NCBI GenBank assembly: GCA_003056145.1
Contig: LSNL01000006.1
Coordinates: forward strand, 82,192-146,191
Direction: 5' to 3'
DNA from: Parcubacteria group bacterium M10-OD1-1
GTDB lineage: Bacteria > Patescibacteriota > Minisyncoccia > Moranbacterales > UBA2206
Length of the DNA stretch: 64,000 nucleotides
This document shows positions 19,289 to 30,453 of the stretch, in pieces; within the stretch, counting starts at the first letter, position 1, and each line of letters starts with the position of its first letter. The notes under the pieces were generated by a model. It did no database searches. It worked only from the letters and a program-made list of their open reading frames with translations, and was not told the origin of the DNA. The translations under genes were made by a program, and so were the position numbers.

Positions 19289-20296
19289 TTATTTAGTCAG
19301 TATTATAATTCTTTTGTATAAATCTAAATTTTCTAAAGCCTTACTAATTCCATTGATAACACAAAATAAAGGATCATCTGCTGTATAACTTGGCACTCCA
19401 ATAGTCTTAGTTATCAATTGATCCAGATTTCTAATAAGGGCCCCTCCTCCCGAAAGAACCATCCCTTTATCCATAATATCCGAAGCTAATTCAGGTGGAG
19501 TTTCTTGCAAAACCTTTTTAATCGCACTAATGATTTCTCTTAATTCATCTTGGATAGCTTCAGTAATTTCATTAGAAGAAATTTTAACTGTTTTTGGCAA
19601 GCCTCCCGTTAAATCTCTACCCCTAACTTCCATATAATCTTCTTTGACTTGAGGAAGAGCAGAACCAATTTTTATCTTTACTTCTTCGGCAGTCCTATCT
19701 CCAATAGCTAGACTATGTTTTCTTTTAATATAATCGGCAATTGCTTGATCAATTTTATTACCTCCCACTCTAGCACTAGTAGCAGAAACAATTCCACCTA
19801 AAGAAATAACCGCTATCTCTGAAGTTCCTCCCCCAACATTGATTATCATATTACCCGAAGCCTTGTTGATTGGAATTCCAGCTCCAATAGCCGCTAACAT
19901 TGGTTCCCTTACAACATAGGCCGTTTTCGCTCCTGCTCTCACTGCTGCATCAATTACCGCTCGTCTTTCCGTAGAAGTTACTCCTACTGGAATAGAAATT
20001 ATTACTTCCGGACGAATTAGTCTAAATTTACCACTTACCTTATTAATAAAATATTTCAGCATTGCTTCGGTAATTCTATAATCTGCAATTACTCCGTCTT
20101 TCATTGGACGACTCGCCATAATTGTATCAGGTGTTCTTCCGAGCATTTCTTTCGCATCATTACCAACCGCCAAAACCTTATTTTCTAAAACAGAAATTGC
20201 CACAACACTTGGTTCATTTGCTACTATCCCTTTACCTGGTACAAAAACCAAAATATTAGCAGTACCTAAATCTATTCCAATTTTTCGCACTAACAT
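19289..20296 (-). CDS. mreB: Rod shape-determining actin-like protein MreB
   Basis: IGIDLGTAN, EPSVVA, RPMKDGVIAD, GGGTSE. Confidence 0.96.
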   Translation of the reverse strand: MLVRKIGIDLGTANILVFVPGKGIVANEPSVVAISVLENKVLAVGNDAKEMLGRTPDTIMASRPMKDGVIADYRITEAMLKYFINKVSGKFRLIRPEVIISIPVGVTSTERRAVIDAAVRAGAKTAYVVREPMLAAIGAGIPINKASGNMIINVGGGTSEIAVISLGGIVSATSARVGGNKIDQAIADYIKRKHSLAIGDRTAEEVKIKIGSALPQVKEDYMEVRGRDLTGGLPKTVKISSNEITEAIQDELREIISAIKKVLQETPPELASDIMDKGMVLSGGGALIRNLDQLITKTIGVPSYTADDPLFCVINGISKALENLDLYKRIIILTK

Positions 20297-20450
20297 ATAA
20301 TTCTTATTAAAAAATTATTCACCGAATCTTAATAACCAGCAAGAAAATTTATCATTACCCAATATTGTTATTTTTTCTGCTATATAATCAGCATGAGATA
20401 AGTGTCCCTAAATTTAAAGTTATACCAGCTATTTCTTTTTTTATTATTTT

Positions 20451-21773
20451 TTATTTACAAATATTCTTCTTAGCTAATTCTATCTCAGCCCCCAGTTGAC
20501 CCAACCTCTCTTCCAATTTTTCATATCCGCGATTAATGGAGTAAACATTTCGCAAAATTGATTCCCCGGGAGTCGCCAACATCGCAACTAGAATTATAGC
20601 CGATGGACGCAAAGCTGGTGGACAAATTATCTCTGTTGACTTTAGTTTAGTTGGTCCATCTATATAAACACGATGAGGATCAAGTAATTCTATCTTAGCA
20701 CCTAACCTAGAAAGTTCTGTAAAATAAATAGCTCTATTTTCATACACCCAATCATGAATCAAAGTTCTTCCTTTAGCCATCATAGCGATTGGAACAAAAA
20801 AAGGTAAATTATCAATATTAATACCAGCCGATGATGGAGCAGCTGGATGAATTTTTTCATCTAACGCTTTTAATTCAGAATTATAAGTTTGGATATCTAC
20901 TAACTGAGTTTTGTTATTTTTAGCTAAATATTCTTTAACAATTTTATACTGAAAACCCATCTTAGAAAGTTTCAAAAGTTCCAATTCTAAAAATTCAATC
21001 GGACATCTCTTAATTAGAATTTCACTCTTAGTGCAGATAGCTAGAGAAAAAAAGAACATAGCCTCAATAGGATCTTCACTAATTTCATAATTAACATCTT
21101 CCTCTATTTTAGTTTTTCCTTTAATCTCTAAAGTCATCGTGCCAATTCCTTTAATTTTTACTCCCAGTTTTTCCAAAAAGAAACAAAGGTCTTGTACCAT
21201 ATAATTAGCTGAAGCTAATTTAATAACGGTTTTACCAGGAATTTGGGCAGCTACCAAAATAGCATTCTCAGTGGCTGTATCTCCCGCCTCATACATAACA
21301 ATTTTTTTTTCGGCTTGTAATTTTTCTGAAGTCACTAAAAAACTATCAGATTGACTCTCAATATTCATTCCAAAATTTTCCAAAGCAAATAGATGAGACC
21401 TGATAGTTCTACTACCTAATTTACAACCACCTGGTTGAGGAATTTCATAGGATTTCATTCGACTAGCTAAAGCACCGACCATTAAAATTATTGACCGTGT
21501 TTTCATAGCTGCATCTTGATCAATTTTAGCTAATTGAATTTCTTCAGGCACTTCAATAACTAAGTCTCTGCCTTTCTTTTCAATTTTAACACCAATACTC
21601 TTTAAAACTTCTACTAATCGGCTAACTTCCTCAATCTGAGGAATATTCTTTAAAGTAGTCTTCCCATAATTAATAAGTGAAGCCATTAGTAACGCAACGG
21701 CAGCATTCTTAGAAGAGTTAACACTAATAGCCCCTTTTAATTTTTTTCCTCCATTTATCTTAAAATACTCCAT
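20451..21773 (-). CDS. murA: UDP-N-acetylglucosamine 1-carboxyvinyltransferase
   Basis: SKNAA, PGGCKLGSR (catalytic Cys retained), YENR, INRGYE. Confidence 0.93.
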   Translation of the reverse strand: MEYFKINGGKKLKGAISVNSSKNAAVALLMASLINYGKTTLKNIPQIEEVSRLVEVLKSIGVKIEKKGRDLVIEVPEEIQLAKIDQDAAMKTRSIILMVGALASRMKSYEIPQPGGCKLGSRTIRSHLFALENFGMNIESQSDSFLVTSEKLQAEKKIVMYEAGDTATENAILVAAQIPGKTVIKLASANYMVQDLCFFLEKLGVKIKGIGTMTLEIKGKTKIEEDVNYEISEDPIEAMFFFSLAICTKSEILIKRCPIEFLELELLKLSKMGFQYKIVKEYLAKNNKTQLVDIQTYNSELKALDEKIHPAAPSSAGINIDNLPFFVPIAMMAKGRTLIHDWVYENRAIYFTELSRLGAKIELLDPHRVYIDGPTKLKSTEIICPPALRPSAIILVAMLATPGESILRNVYSINRGYEKLEERLGQLGAEIELAKKNICK

Positions 21774-21955
21774 ATACTTAGCTTAAAATAAAAATAAAAG
21801 CACACATAGACTATACTATATGCAATTCATAAAATCAAATAAAATTATTTCAGAATTATCGAAGATTAGCTCCGATTTAAATTTTCATAAGTGGATTTTC
21901 TGTTAAATTCACTCTAATTCGGTTTTACATATTTTGAATTTTGAACTGGCTATTT

Positions 21956-23137
21956 TTAATTTATCTTTTCCCCATAATTTTTCGCCCAATAAAGAACTCT
22001 GTCACAATACCATTGGTGATTTCCTCCTAAATATCTTTTAGCAGCAGTACATTCCCCACTTCTTCTCGTTGCCCCATCTTTTGCTAATTTTGATGCCATA
22101 GCCATTATACCATCATACACATTCCATGGATCTGGAGGATTATGCCCAATGCGAGAAGCAATTATTGCCTCATATCCTTTCCATGTATCAGACATAAATT
22201 GAGCAACGCCCATTGCTCCACCTGTCCCCAAATAACCTCTTGGAGGACAAGATACCTTTTTCTTTTTATAATTATATCCTAAACTTTTACATATACTTTT
22301 AAATATCGTTTTTCGATAAGAACTCATTCGGCTTTCCTTATAATTGCACCCTCCCGTATATCTTCCTAAATCAGATTCTACTACTAACATTCCCATTATA
22401 AAATCTTTTCTAACTCCAGTAGCTTTTGACGCAATTTTAGCCGCGTTCTTAATATCATGCATACTGACACTACCTCCTAACAAAGAGGATAAGCGATTCC
22501 TTAAAGCATTAATTTTAGCTGTTAATTGCGCTAAAGTTGCCTTGGCTCTTCTGATATTAGAAATTACCCTGACTTGTTCATTTTGTTTAACTACTAAAAT
22601 CTTTTGTTTTTCTATTTTCTTTTTAGCTAATGCCTCTTTAGCTAATGCTAGCTCTTTTTTATTTTGACTTATATCTCCAATCACTGAAAGAATTTTTTCT
22701 TTAACATTAATTATTTGGTCAAAATTTCCAGAAAGATCATTCAAAAAACCTCTAGAGAGAACAAAATTTATAACAGGATTATTAGAGTTATCAAAAGACA
22801 TTTCTTGAATATAACTTTTTAAAATTTGTTTATTTAATTTTATTCTCTTATTCAAGTTTTGAATAACTTTTTCTTTTCTTTCTATTTCTTTTTGGGTTTT
22901 AGTAATTACACTTTGAGTGCTAACTATTTGACTTTGATTAATATTATATTGATTTTGATTAACGACAACTTGTTTTTTAGTTTCTTTTATTTGATTAGTA
23001 GCTTTGCTTATAGATTTTTTAGCTTTATAAATATCACCCGCTTGAGCCTGATTTAAGAAAAAATGAAAAATAAAAACAACAATAATGATTGTTAATAAGC
23101 TAACAAATATTTTTTTTATCCAGCAAAATCGTTTCAT
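21956..23137 (-). CDS. Secreted coiled-coil lytic transglycosylase
   Basis: Signal/TM, coiled coil, LVVES catalytic Glu, GAMGVAQFM...TW. Confidence 0.85.
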   Translation of the reverse strand: MKRFCWIKKIFVSLLTIIIVVFIFHFFLNQAQAGDIYKAKKSISKATNQIKETKKQVVVNQNQYNINQSQIVSTQSVITKTQKEIERKEKVIQNLNKRIKLNKQILKSYIQEMSFDNSNNPVINFVLSRGFLNDLSGNFDQIINVKEKILSVIGDISQNKKELALAKEALAKKKIEKQKILVVKQNEQVRVISNIRRAKATLAQLTAKINALRNRLSSLLGGSVSMHDIKNAAKIASKATGVRKDFIMGMLVVESDLGRYTGGCNYKESRMSSYRKTIFKSICKSLGYNYKKKKVSCPPRGYLGTGGAMGVAQFMSDTWKGYEAIIASRIGHNPPDPWNVYDGIMAMASKLAKDGATRRSGECTAAKRYLGGNHQWYCDRVLYWAKNYGEKIN

Positions 23138-23167
23138 AACTTTATTATATCAAACTTTTCAAAAATT

Positions 23168-23197
23168 AAAACCACCCTATTTTACTAGGATGGTTTT
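23168..23197 (-). terminator. Intrinsic terminator after rplY
   Basis: Minus strand AAAACCATCCTA-GTAAAA-TAGGGTGGTTTT followed by T-rich sequence. Confidence 0.7.
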
Positions 23198-23223
23198 TAT
23201 TATAAGAAACAGATAAATAAAAA

Positions 23224-23904
23224 TTATTTTTTCTCTCCTACTTTTTCTTTTTTATTTTCTTCTTCGGCTGGAGCCTCTTTCTCAACTCCTTCTACCTTAG
23301 AAACATCTATCTTAACTTCTCCTTCTAAGCTTTCCATTTCAGCTTCTGATCTTGGAGGAGTAGCTAAAACTACTACCGTTTCAGGCTCAATATCAATTTT
23401 CACTTTATTAGAAATAGCTAAATCCTTAATGCAAATACGATCATCAAAAGTTTTAATCTTAGTAAGATCCACTTTAATCTCAGATGGTAAATCTCCAGGC
23501 AAACATTTGACCGTTACTTCATCTAAGTTCTTTACCAAAATACCGCCCTGTTCCTTTACTACTGGTGGTTCACCGATATAAACTAATTCTACAGCCGTTT
23601 CAATTTCTTCATCCATCTTAACTTGGAAAAAATCAGCATGAATAAAATCTCCCGATAGAGGATCCTTTTGAGTCTCATAAATAATAACATTCTTTTTTTC
23701 TTTTTCATCAATTACTAATTCAATCATTGTACTTTCTCCAAATTCTTTGAATAATTTTTTTAAATCATACGCCTTAACCCAAAGACTTTTTGACTTTTCT
23801 GTCCGTCCATAAACTACAGCCGGAACCAATCCTTCTTTCTTTCCTTTTTTAGTTTTTCTTCCGAAAACATCTCTTGTTTTAACAAAAATATTAGCTTTTT
23901 TCAT
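23224..23904 (-). CDS. rplY: 50S ribosomal protein bL25 (CTC-type, long form)
   Basis: GLVPAVVYG, QKDPLSGDFIHADF, VKCLPGDLP. Confidence 0.95.
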   Translation of the reverse strand: MKKANIFVKTRDVFGRKTKKGKKEGLVPAVVYGRTEKSKSLWVKAYDLKKLFKEFGESTMIELVIDEKEKKNVIIYETQKDPLSGDFIHADFFQVKMDEEIETAVELVYIGEPPVVKEQGGILVKNLDEVTVKCLPGDLPSEIKVDLTKIKTFDDRICIKDLAISNKVKIDIEPETVVVLATPPRSEAEMESLEGEVKIDVSKVEGVEKEAPAEEENKKEKVGEKK

Positions 23905-23973
23905 ATACTTGACACTCTACCTGTTCTAAATATTTTTTAGTTTATAGAACCTCTCAAGTGATTAAAAATTAAA

Positions 23974-24267
23974 TTAAAATTTTTCTATTGTTTTATAAAT
24001 ATCAATTATCTCATCAGAACTAATAGCTTTCATTTGCAATTTTTCTTTGACTTCTTGCTGATCTAAATCAGTTATTATTCCCATTCCTAAAAATCCTTTT
24101 TGTTCATCTGACAAAACTATCAAGGCTGAAGTATGACATTGAGAGCAAGTAGTATGTAAGATGACTTTTCCTTCTTGCTGAGAAATTAAAATAGCATCTT
24201 TTTTACTAAACTCTTTTCTGCAAATTGAGCAACTGGATAGTGGCCCTAAATTATTTTCTTTTTCCAT
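23974..24267 (-). CDS. Small zinc-ribbon hypothetical protein
   Basis: CSIC...HTTCSQC, GIITDL motif. Confidence 0.75.
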   Translation of the reverse strand: MEKENNLGPLSSCSICRKEFSKKDAILISQQEGKVILHTTCSQCHTSALIVLSDEQKGFLGMGIITDLDQQEVKEKLQMKAISSDEIIDIYKTIEKF

Positions 24268-24357
24268 TTTTTTTAACTACTCTTTTAAAAATTAAAGTAC
24301 TTAATCCTTCGCCTCTCAATTGTAAAATTCTAGCATATTGTCATAATTAGTCAATTT

Positions 24358-25446
24358 TTATCTTACTTTAATTCTCCTCAGATAAATACTTTGAATTATT
24401 CCTAATGAGACCAAAGTTACTACCATTGAGCTACCTCCATAGCTTAATAGAGGCAATGGAACTCCCGCTACTGGCATAACCCCAATATTCATACCAATAT
24501 TAATTAGTAGCTGAAAGAAAAGCATCGCCATAATCCCCATAGCAATTAAATAACCAAAATTATCTCTAGCTAATTTAGCCGTATTGTGAATTCGCCAAAA
24601 AATAATACCAAAAATTATAAAAACTGAAAGAGATCCTATAAATCCTAACTCTTCGGCAATAACTGCAAAAATAAAATCAGTTTTTTTCTCCGGTAAAAAA
24701 TTAAGTTGTGATTGAGAACCATGACCCAATCCCTTGCCAAATACCCCCCCCGACCCAACAGCTATTATTGATTGAAGCACATTGTATCCACTTCCTCGCG
24801 GATCATTTTCCGGCTTGACAAAATTTACAATTCTCTCTTTTTGATAAGGCCTTAAAAAGAACCAACTACTAGAAGAAATCACTAAGCCAATTGTTATCAA
24901 AATAAAAAGAGTTTTTTTGTTTAGCCCAGCTAGAGATAATAGAACTGCCCAACTTGCTATAATAATCATAGCCGATCCAAAATCAGGTTGTTTCATTATT
25001 AAAAAAATAGGAAAAAAAACTAGAATAGTCGATACAATAATTCTAACTACGATACTAAGTTGAGTGCGTTTTTTACTTAAGAAACTAGCTAAAAAAATAA
25101 TCATAATTATTTTAGCTATTTCTACTGGTTGAATATGATAAGAATAAAAACCAATCCAGCCAGTTGTTCCCCTAATAGTTGTACCGATTAAAATAACTAG
25201 TCCTAATAATAACAACATCAAAACATACAATTTTGTGCTATATAAATTTAAAACCCGATAATCAAAAAAAGCTAGAAAAAACATTAAACCCAAACCAATA
25301 CCAATAGAAACTAATTGTTTTTGTAAGCTAGCTACATCTAAACCAATTCCACCGTAAGAAATACTATAAAGAGCTAAAAAACCAATTATCAAAAGTAAAA
25401 AAATACTCACTAATAAAATCCAATCCAATTTAAAAAATTTATTCAT
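24358..25446 (-). CDS. rodA: SEDS peptidoglycan polymerase RodA
   Basis: IQPVEIAK, QPDFGSA, GYNVLQS, FLPEKKTDFIF, LPLLSYGGSS. Confidence 0.93.
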   Translation of the reverse strand: MNKFFKLDWILLVSIFLLLIIGFLALYSISYGGIGLDVASLQKQLVSIGIGLGLMFFLAFFDYRVLNLYSTKLYVLMLLLLGLVILIGTTIRGTTGWIGFYSYHIQPVEIAKIIMIIFLASFLSKKRTQLSIVVRIIVSTILVFFPIFLIMKQPDFGSAMIIIASWAVLLSLAGLNKKTLFILITIGLVISSSSWFFLRPYQKERIVNFVKPENDPRGSGYNVLQSIIAVGSGGVFGKGLGHGSQSQLNFLPEKKTDFIFAVIAEELGFIGSLSVFIIFGIIFWRIHNTAKLARDNFGYLIAMGIMAMLFFQLLINIGMNIGVMPVAGVPLPLLSYGGSSMVVTLVSLGIIQSIYLRRIKVR

Positions 25447-25475
25447 AGCCTATATTTTTCAATCCTACTAACTCA

Positions 25476-26300
25476 CTAGTATTGCTGAAATTTATGTGAT
25501 TGATAAGATTTTTTTAAGAAGCTACCTGAGTTAAAAACATTTACTTCTGCTTGTGTTTCCATATTTCCTACCACTCCTGAAAAACGAATAGGCCAAAAAA
25601 CTCTAAAGTCTCTTTCCTCTCTTGAATTAACAGTATTCATAACAGTGGAATTAAGTGCAACTACATTACCTTGATTATTTTTTAAAATAACATCTATTTT
25701 TATCTGATTAAAATCATACGGACTATCATTTTTTAAGAGACCCTTCGCTTCAGCAAACCCCACACCATTAGAAATTTCATTATAATTTTTATTAATAATT
25801 TTTATATCTGGTCTTTCATAGTATTTATTGAATTGCATCCAATCAGAATTTTTAATTTTAATTTCAGCTGAAACTGGCTTTTGGCTAGGAGTAAAGCTAC
25901 TTTCAATAATATATTTTTTTTCTCCTGGTAAAATGAAATTAGAACCTTCCCTTTGAGCAACAATTTTACCTTGAGCATTTTTTAATTTTATTTGATAAAC
26001 AAATTTTTTACTACCAAAGACAGAATTAGGATTAGTTATTTGAGAATAAAAATCATACTTACCCACTATTCCAGAAGGAACTATTCCAGTTTTACCAATT
26101 ATCAATTTTTGAGCACTAATTTTTTGACATTCCTTCAGACAAATCCCACCACAATCAATACCTACTTCGTTTTGATTTTTAACTCCGTCTGTACAAGTTT
26201 CCTTAGGTTTTAATAACAAATACAAAGATAAAATTAAAAAAATAAACAGAATTAAATAAACGCCTACGATAATAATTTTTTTTCTTTGAATTCTTTCCAT
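25476..26300 (-). CDS. Membrane-anchored hypothetical protein with Cys-rich DCGG motif and Ig-like domains
   Basis: N-terminal TM, ETCTDGVKNQNEVGIDCGGIC, beta-rich remainder. Confidence 0.75.
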   Translation of the reverse strand: MERIQRKKIIIVGVYLILFIFLILSLYLLLKPKETCTDGVKNQNEVGIDCGGICLKECQKISAQKLIIGKTGIVPSGIVGKYDFYSQITNPNSVFGSKKFVYQIKLKNAQGKIVAQREGSNFILPGEKKYIIESSFTPSQKPVSAEIKIKNSDWMQFNKYYERPDIKIINKNYNEISNGVGFAEAKGLLKNDSPYDFNQIKIDVILKNNQGNVVALNSTVMNTVNSREERDFRVFWPIRFSGVVGNMETQAEVNVFNSGSFLKKSYQSHKFQQY

Positions 26301-26451
26301 AAAATTATTCTAACATAAAGATCAGCTTTCGGAAAATAATTTAAATTAATTTATTACTAACTTAACTATTTTTTAAAAACTAATCTCAAAATTAAATTTT
26401 ATCTACTTTCTTCTTGAATTTATTAATTCACTACATAAAAAAGAGTATTAT

Positions 26452-26622
26452 TTTGGCGGTGACCTACTCTCCCCGCCCAAATTCTTCAAGCTTGAATTAA
26501 AATAAACTCTATTTTAATTTCTCCTTGTTTAAAAAATTTGGGCGGGTACCATCGGAGCTGAAGTGCTTAACGACTGAGTTCGGAATGGAATCAGGTGTGA
26601 CCACTTCGCTAGAACCACCAAA
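26452..26622 (-). rRNA. rrf: 5S rRNA with a ~56-nt insertion in helix IV (~170 nt total)
   Basis: Conserved 5S motifs (ATTCCATTCCGAAC, CCGATGGTA, GAGAGTAGGTCACCGCCA), terminal helix TGGTGGT/ACCGCCA and a flanking processing stem. Confidence 0.92.
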
Positions 26623-27303
26623 ATAATACTCTCTTTTATTGTCGATAAAAACATTAGAATGCTTTTATCACTGGTGAAAAAAACATAAAAAATGTAATTG
26701 TCATCATAATAACTGTAAAAATTGTGAAAATAAACTTAAAACTTTTTTTATAATTTTTCATAATTTAGCAACCTTTATAAATAACTAATCTCCACTTAAA
26801 TTTTATTTACAAAAAAATAAATTCAGTTTTGATATAAGTTATTTAGCAAATTTAGAAATTGTTAACTACTAACTAGTGTAACATATAACACGCAATATGA
26901 ACAACCAAAGTCATTCGTATTTTGTGTTTTATGCTACACAAAAAAACAAGAGAGATAATGTTCAATTTATTAGTATCTCTCGGCTAAAATTGATCACTCA
27001 ACTTACACCTGAGACCTATCAACCTGGTCATCTTCCAGGAAATTGACACAAGCAAGCTTGTGTGTTGCCTAATCTTAAGGGGGGCTTCCCGCTTATATGC
27101 TTTCAGCGGTTATCCTGTCCAAACGTAGCTACCCAACAGTGCTCCTGGCGGAACAGCTGGTACACCAGAGGTTTGTTCTTTCCGGTCCTCTCGTACTAGG
27201 AAAAACTCCTTTCAAGCAACAACGCCCACAGCAGATAGGAGACCAACCTGTCTCACGACGGTTTGAACCCAGCTCGCGTACCGCTTTAATTGGCGAACAG
27301 CCA

Positions 27304-27363
<60 letters not shown>

Positions 27364-27389
27364 CTCCGTCGATGTGGACTCTTGGGAGG

Positions 27390-27422
<33 letters not shown>

Positions 27423-27583
27423 TGATGATCTTCTGCGCACCTATATGCGACAGTCGGTTCACTAAATTCTACTTTCGTAACTGATCGACTTATGAGTCTT
27501 GCAGTAAAGCTGGCTTATGCTTTTGCACTATCACTTCGATTTCCATCCGAAGCTAGCCAACCTTTGTAAACGCCTCCGTTGCC

Positions 27584-27616
<33 letters not shown>

Positions 27617-27632
27617 ACCAGGCACTGTTCCC

Positions 27633-27762
27633 GGACTGGTATGAATAACCAAAACTTTTTTGAATTTTTATTGAACCGCAAATACAATATATACAAACTT
27701 AACTTGAATTTTATTGTTCTTTGCCAGTTCAATTATAAGTTTTAAGTAACTCATAACAGTCC
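27633..27762 (-). other. ~130-nt AT-rich hairpin replacing 23S helix 79
   Basis: Lies between conserved cactgt and gttagaa flanks; closing stem ggactg/cagtcc with internal complementary blocks. Confidence 0.85.
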
Positions 27763-28754
27763 AGGGTTAGAATTTAAAATTACACAGAGTGGTATTACAC
27801 TGATGACTCCATTTTGACCGAAATCAAAACTTCAAAGTCTCCCACCTATACTAGGCAGTATAACCTCAAATTCAATACCAAGTTGTAGTAAAGCTCCACG
27901 GGGTCTTTTCGTCTTGCTGCAGGTCGACGGCATCTTTACCGCCATTGCAATTTCACCGAGCTCTTCGTTAAGACAGTTACCAAGTCGTTACACCTTTCAT
28001 GCAGGTCAGAACTTACCTGACAAGGAATTTCGCTACCTTAGAACGATTATAGTTATCGCTGACGTTCACTGGCGCTTCGGAGATTGGCTTGCACCGCTCT
28101 CGTTAACGTTCCAGCACTGGTCAGGTGTCAGCCCCTATACTTCCCCTTACGGGTTTGCAGAGACTTGTGTTTTTGATAAACAGTCGCTTGGTATCTTTAG
28201 CTGCGGCCAACTTTATCGAAATAAAATCGGCAGTCCATATTCCTAAGTTACGGACGCTGTTTTGCCGAGTTCCTCAACGAAGGTTCACTCGTTCACCTTG
28301 GGCTACTCGCCCTGTCTACCTGTGTTGGTTTTAGTACGGTTTCAATATTATTAACCTTAGAAGTTTTTCCTGGCACCTTGCTCATTTTTGTTCTCTCACT
28401 AAAAAGTGAGATTCCAGAAATACCTTGAAGTATTGTTGAACGGATTTGCCTATTCAACCTTCTTAGTATCCCTACCGAAATCCAATAATCGGCAAAAACT
28501 ACTAAAATGCGTCGCTCCATCGTATAATATCAAAGTCACGGAGTATTAACCGTGTGTCCATCGACTACGCCTTTCGGCCTCGCCTTAGGCCCGACTAACC
28601 CTGGGATGATTGTCATTGCCCAGGAAACCTTAGACTTTCGGTGTTGGGGGTTCTCACCCCAATTGCGGTTACTAATTCCAGCATTCTCACTTCCATAAAC
28701 TCCAGAGTGGCTCACGCCTGCTCCTTCAACGCGTATGGAACGCTTCCCTACCAC

Positions 28755-28880
28755 TTCCGTGTTTCACTATTACTCACCACAAAAATTATTTTTCTATCAT
28801 TTTTTTAAATCAAAAAAACTTAAAAATTAAATAAAATAATTTAAAATTAAATTGTGTTGAACACTAGTGAAACACGGGAA
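28755..28880 (-). other. ~126-nt intervening-sequence-like hairpin at 23S helix 45
   Basis: Closing stem ccgtgtttcacta/tagtgaaacacgg around an AT-rich core, between conserved cccctacc-like and cttcggt flanks. Confidence 0.88.
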
Positions 28881-30433
28881 TTCGCATCTTCGGTACTATG
28901 TTTGAGCCCCGTTATATTTTCGGCGCAAGGCCTCTAGGCTAGTGAGCTGTTACGCACTCTTTAAAGGATTGCTGCTTCTGAGCCAACCTCCTAGATGTAT
29001 AAGAAGCCTTACTTCCTTTTCCACTTAACATAGATTTTGGGACCTTAGATTGCGATCTGGGCTGTTTCCCTTTTGAAATCCGAGCTTAGCCCCGGATTTC
29101 TGACTGTTGGGATAATTATTTCGGAATTCGGAGTTTGGTTGAGAATCCTACGGCGAACCGCGAATCCTCATTCAGTAGCTCTACCTCCGAAACATAGTTA
29201 ACCCAACGCTAGCCCTAAAGCTATTTCGGGAAGAACCAGCTATCGCCAAGCTCGATTGGAATTTCTCCTCTATTCACAAGTCATCCCCCAGTATTGCACA
29301 GCTGGTGGGTTCGGGCCTCCTTTAGGTTTTACCCTAAATTCACCCTGCTCATAAATAGCTCGCCTGGCTTCGGGTCTAGTCCGTGAGACTTTTATTCGGC
29401 GGTTAAGCCTCGCTTTCACTATGGATGCGTAACAAAGTTACTTATCCAAGCCACACAGAACTAACTCGCTGGATCGTTCTACAAAAAGCACGCCATCACC
29501 GATGCAAGCATCGGCTCTGACTCTTCGTTAGCATATGGTTTCAGATACTATTTCATCTCCCTTATCGGGATACTTTTCACCTTTCCCTCACGGTACTTGT
29601 TCGCTATCGATCACCAAAAATATTTAGCCTTGGAGCAATAGTGGCCCCAGATTCAAACGGGATTTCTCCGGTCCCGCCCTACTTGAGAACAATCTCATCA
29701 AAAATAATTTGTTTTCGCCTACAAGACTTTCACTTTCTATGGTTGCTCTTTCCAGAGACATTCCGCTAACAAATTATTTTTCACCCCGATTAAACGAGTA
29801 TGATTGCCTCGCAACCCCAACAATCCGAAGATTGTTGGTTTAGGCTTTTCCCCGTTCGCTCGCCACTACTTAGGGAATCTCAATTGATTTCTTTTCCTCC
29901 AGCTACTAAGATGTTTCAGTTCGCTGGGTACGCTACCCTATCCTATATATTCAGATAGAGTTTCTCTGCTAAAGCAGAGAGGGTTTCCCCATTCGGAGAC
30001 CTCCGGATCAAAGGTTGCTCAGCACCTCCCCGAAGTTTTTCGCAGCTAGCTACGTCCTTCATCGCTTTTTGGTGTCAAGGCATTCACCATATGCATTAGT
30101 ATTACCGCTCTTGTTTATAGTTAGCAGTTAGCAATCACTAAATCACTAACTTAACTATTTTTCTTTTTCTTTTTTCGTTTCATTTGCAATTTTTATTCCA
30201 ATTGACAATTGGAATAAACCTACTTATTCCCAATATTTCGTTGCAAAAAATATTGAGAGACTAATTGTTATTATTTAATTCTATTTCCGCCTAACATTTT
30301 TTTAAATTAAATAATCCAATTAAGACCTATTAAGTTGGTAAAGTTCGTTTGACGCGGAAACTATTTAGTAGTTAAAACTTTTTAATTTAATTACTAAATA
30401 GCTTCAGCACCAGAAAATAAATTTATTGGAATT

Positions 30434-30453
30434 AAAAAACCCGCCTAGGCGGG
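30434..30453 (-). terminator. Terminator-like hairpin inside the rRNA leader
   Basis: Minus strand CCCGC-CTAG-GCGGG-TTTTTT. Confidence 0.55.

Noticed and set aside
27633-28880. Group I introns or homing endonucleases in 23S
   Set aside because: Both inserts are only about 130 nt, are simple hairpins, and have no ORF or recognisable catalytic core
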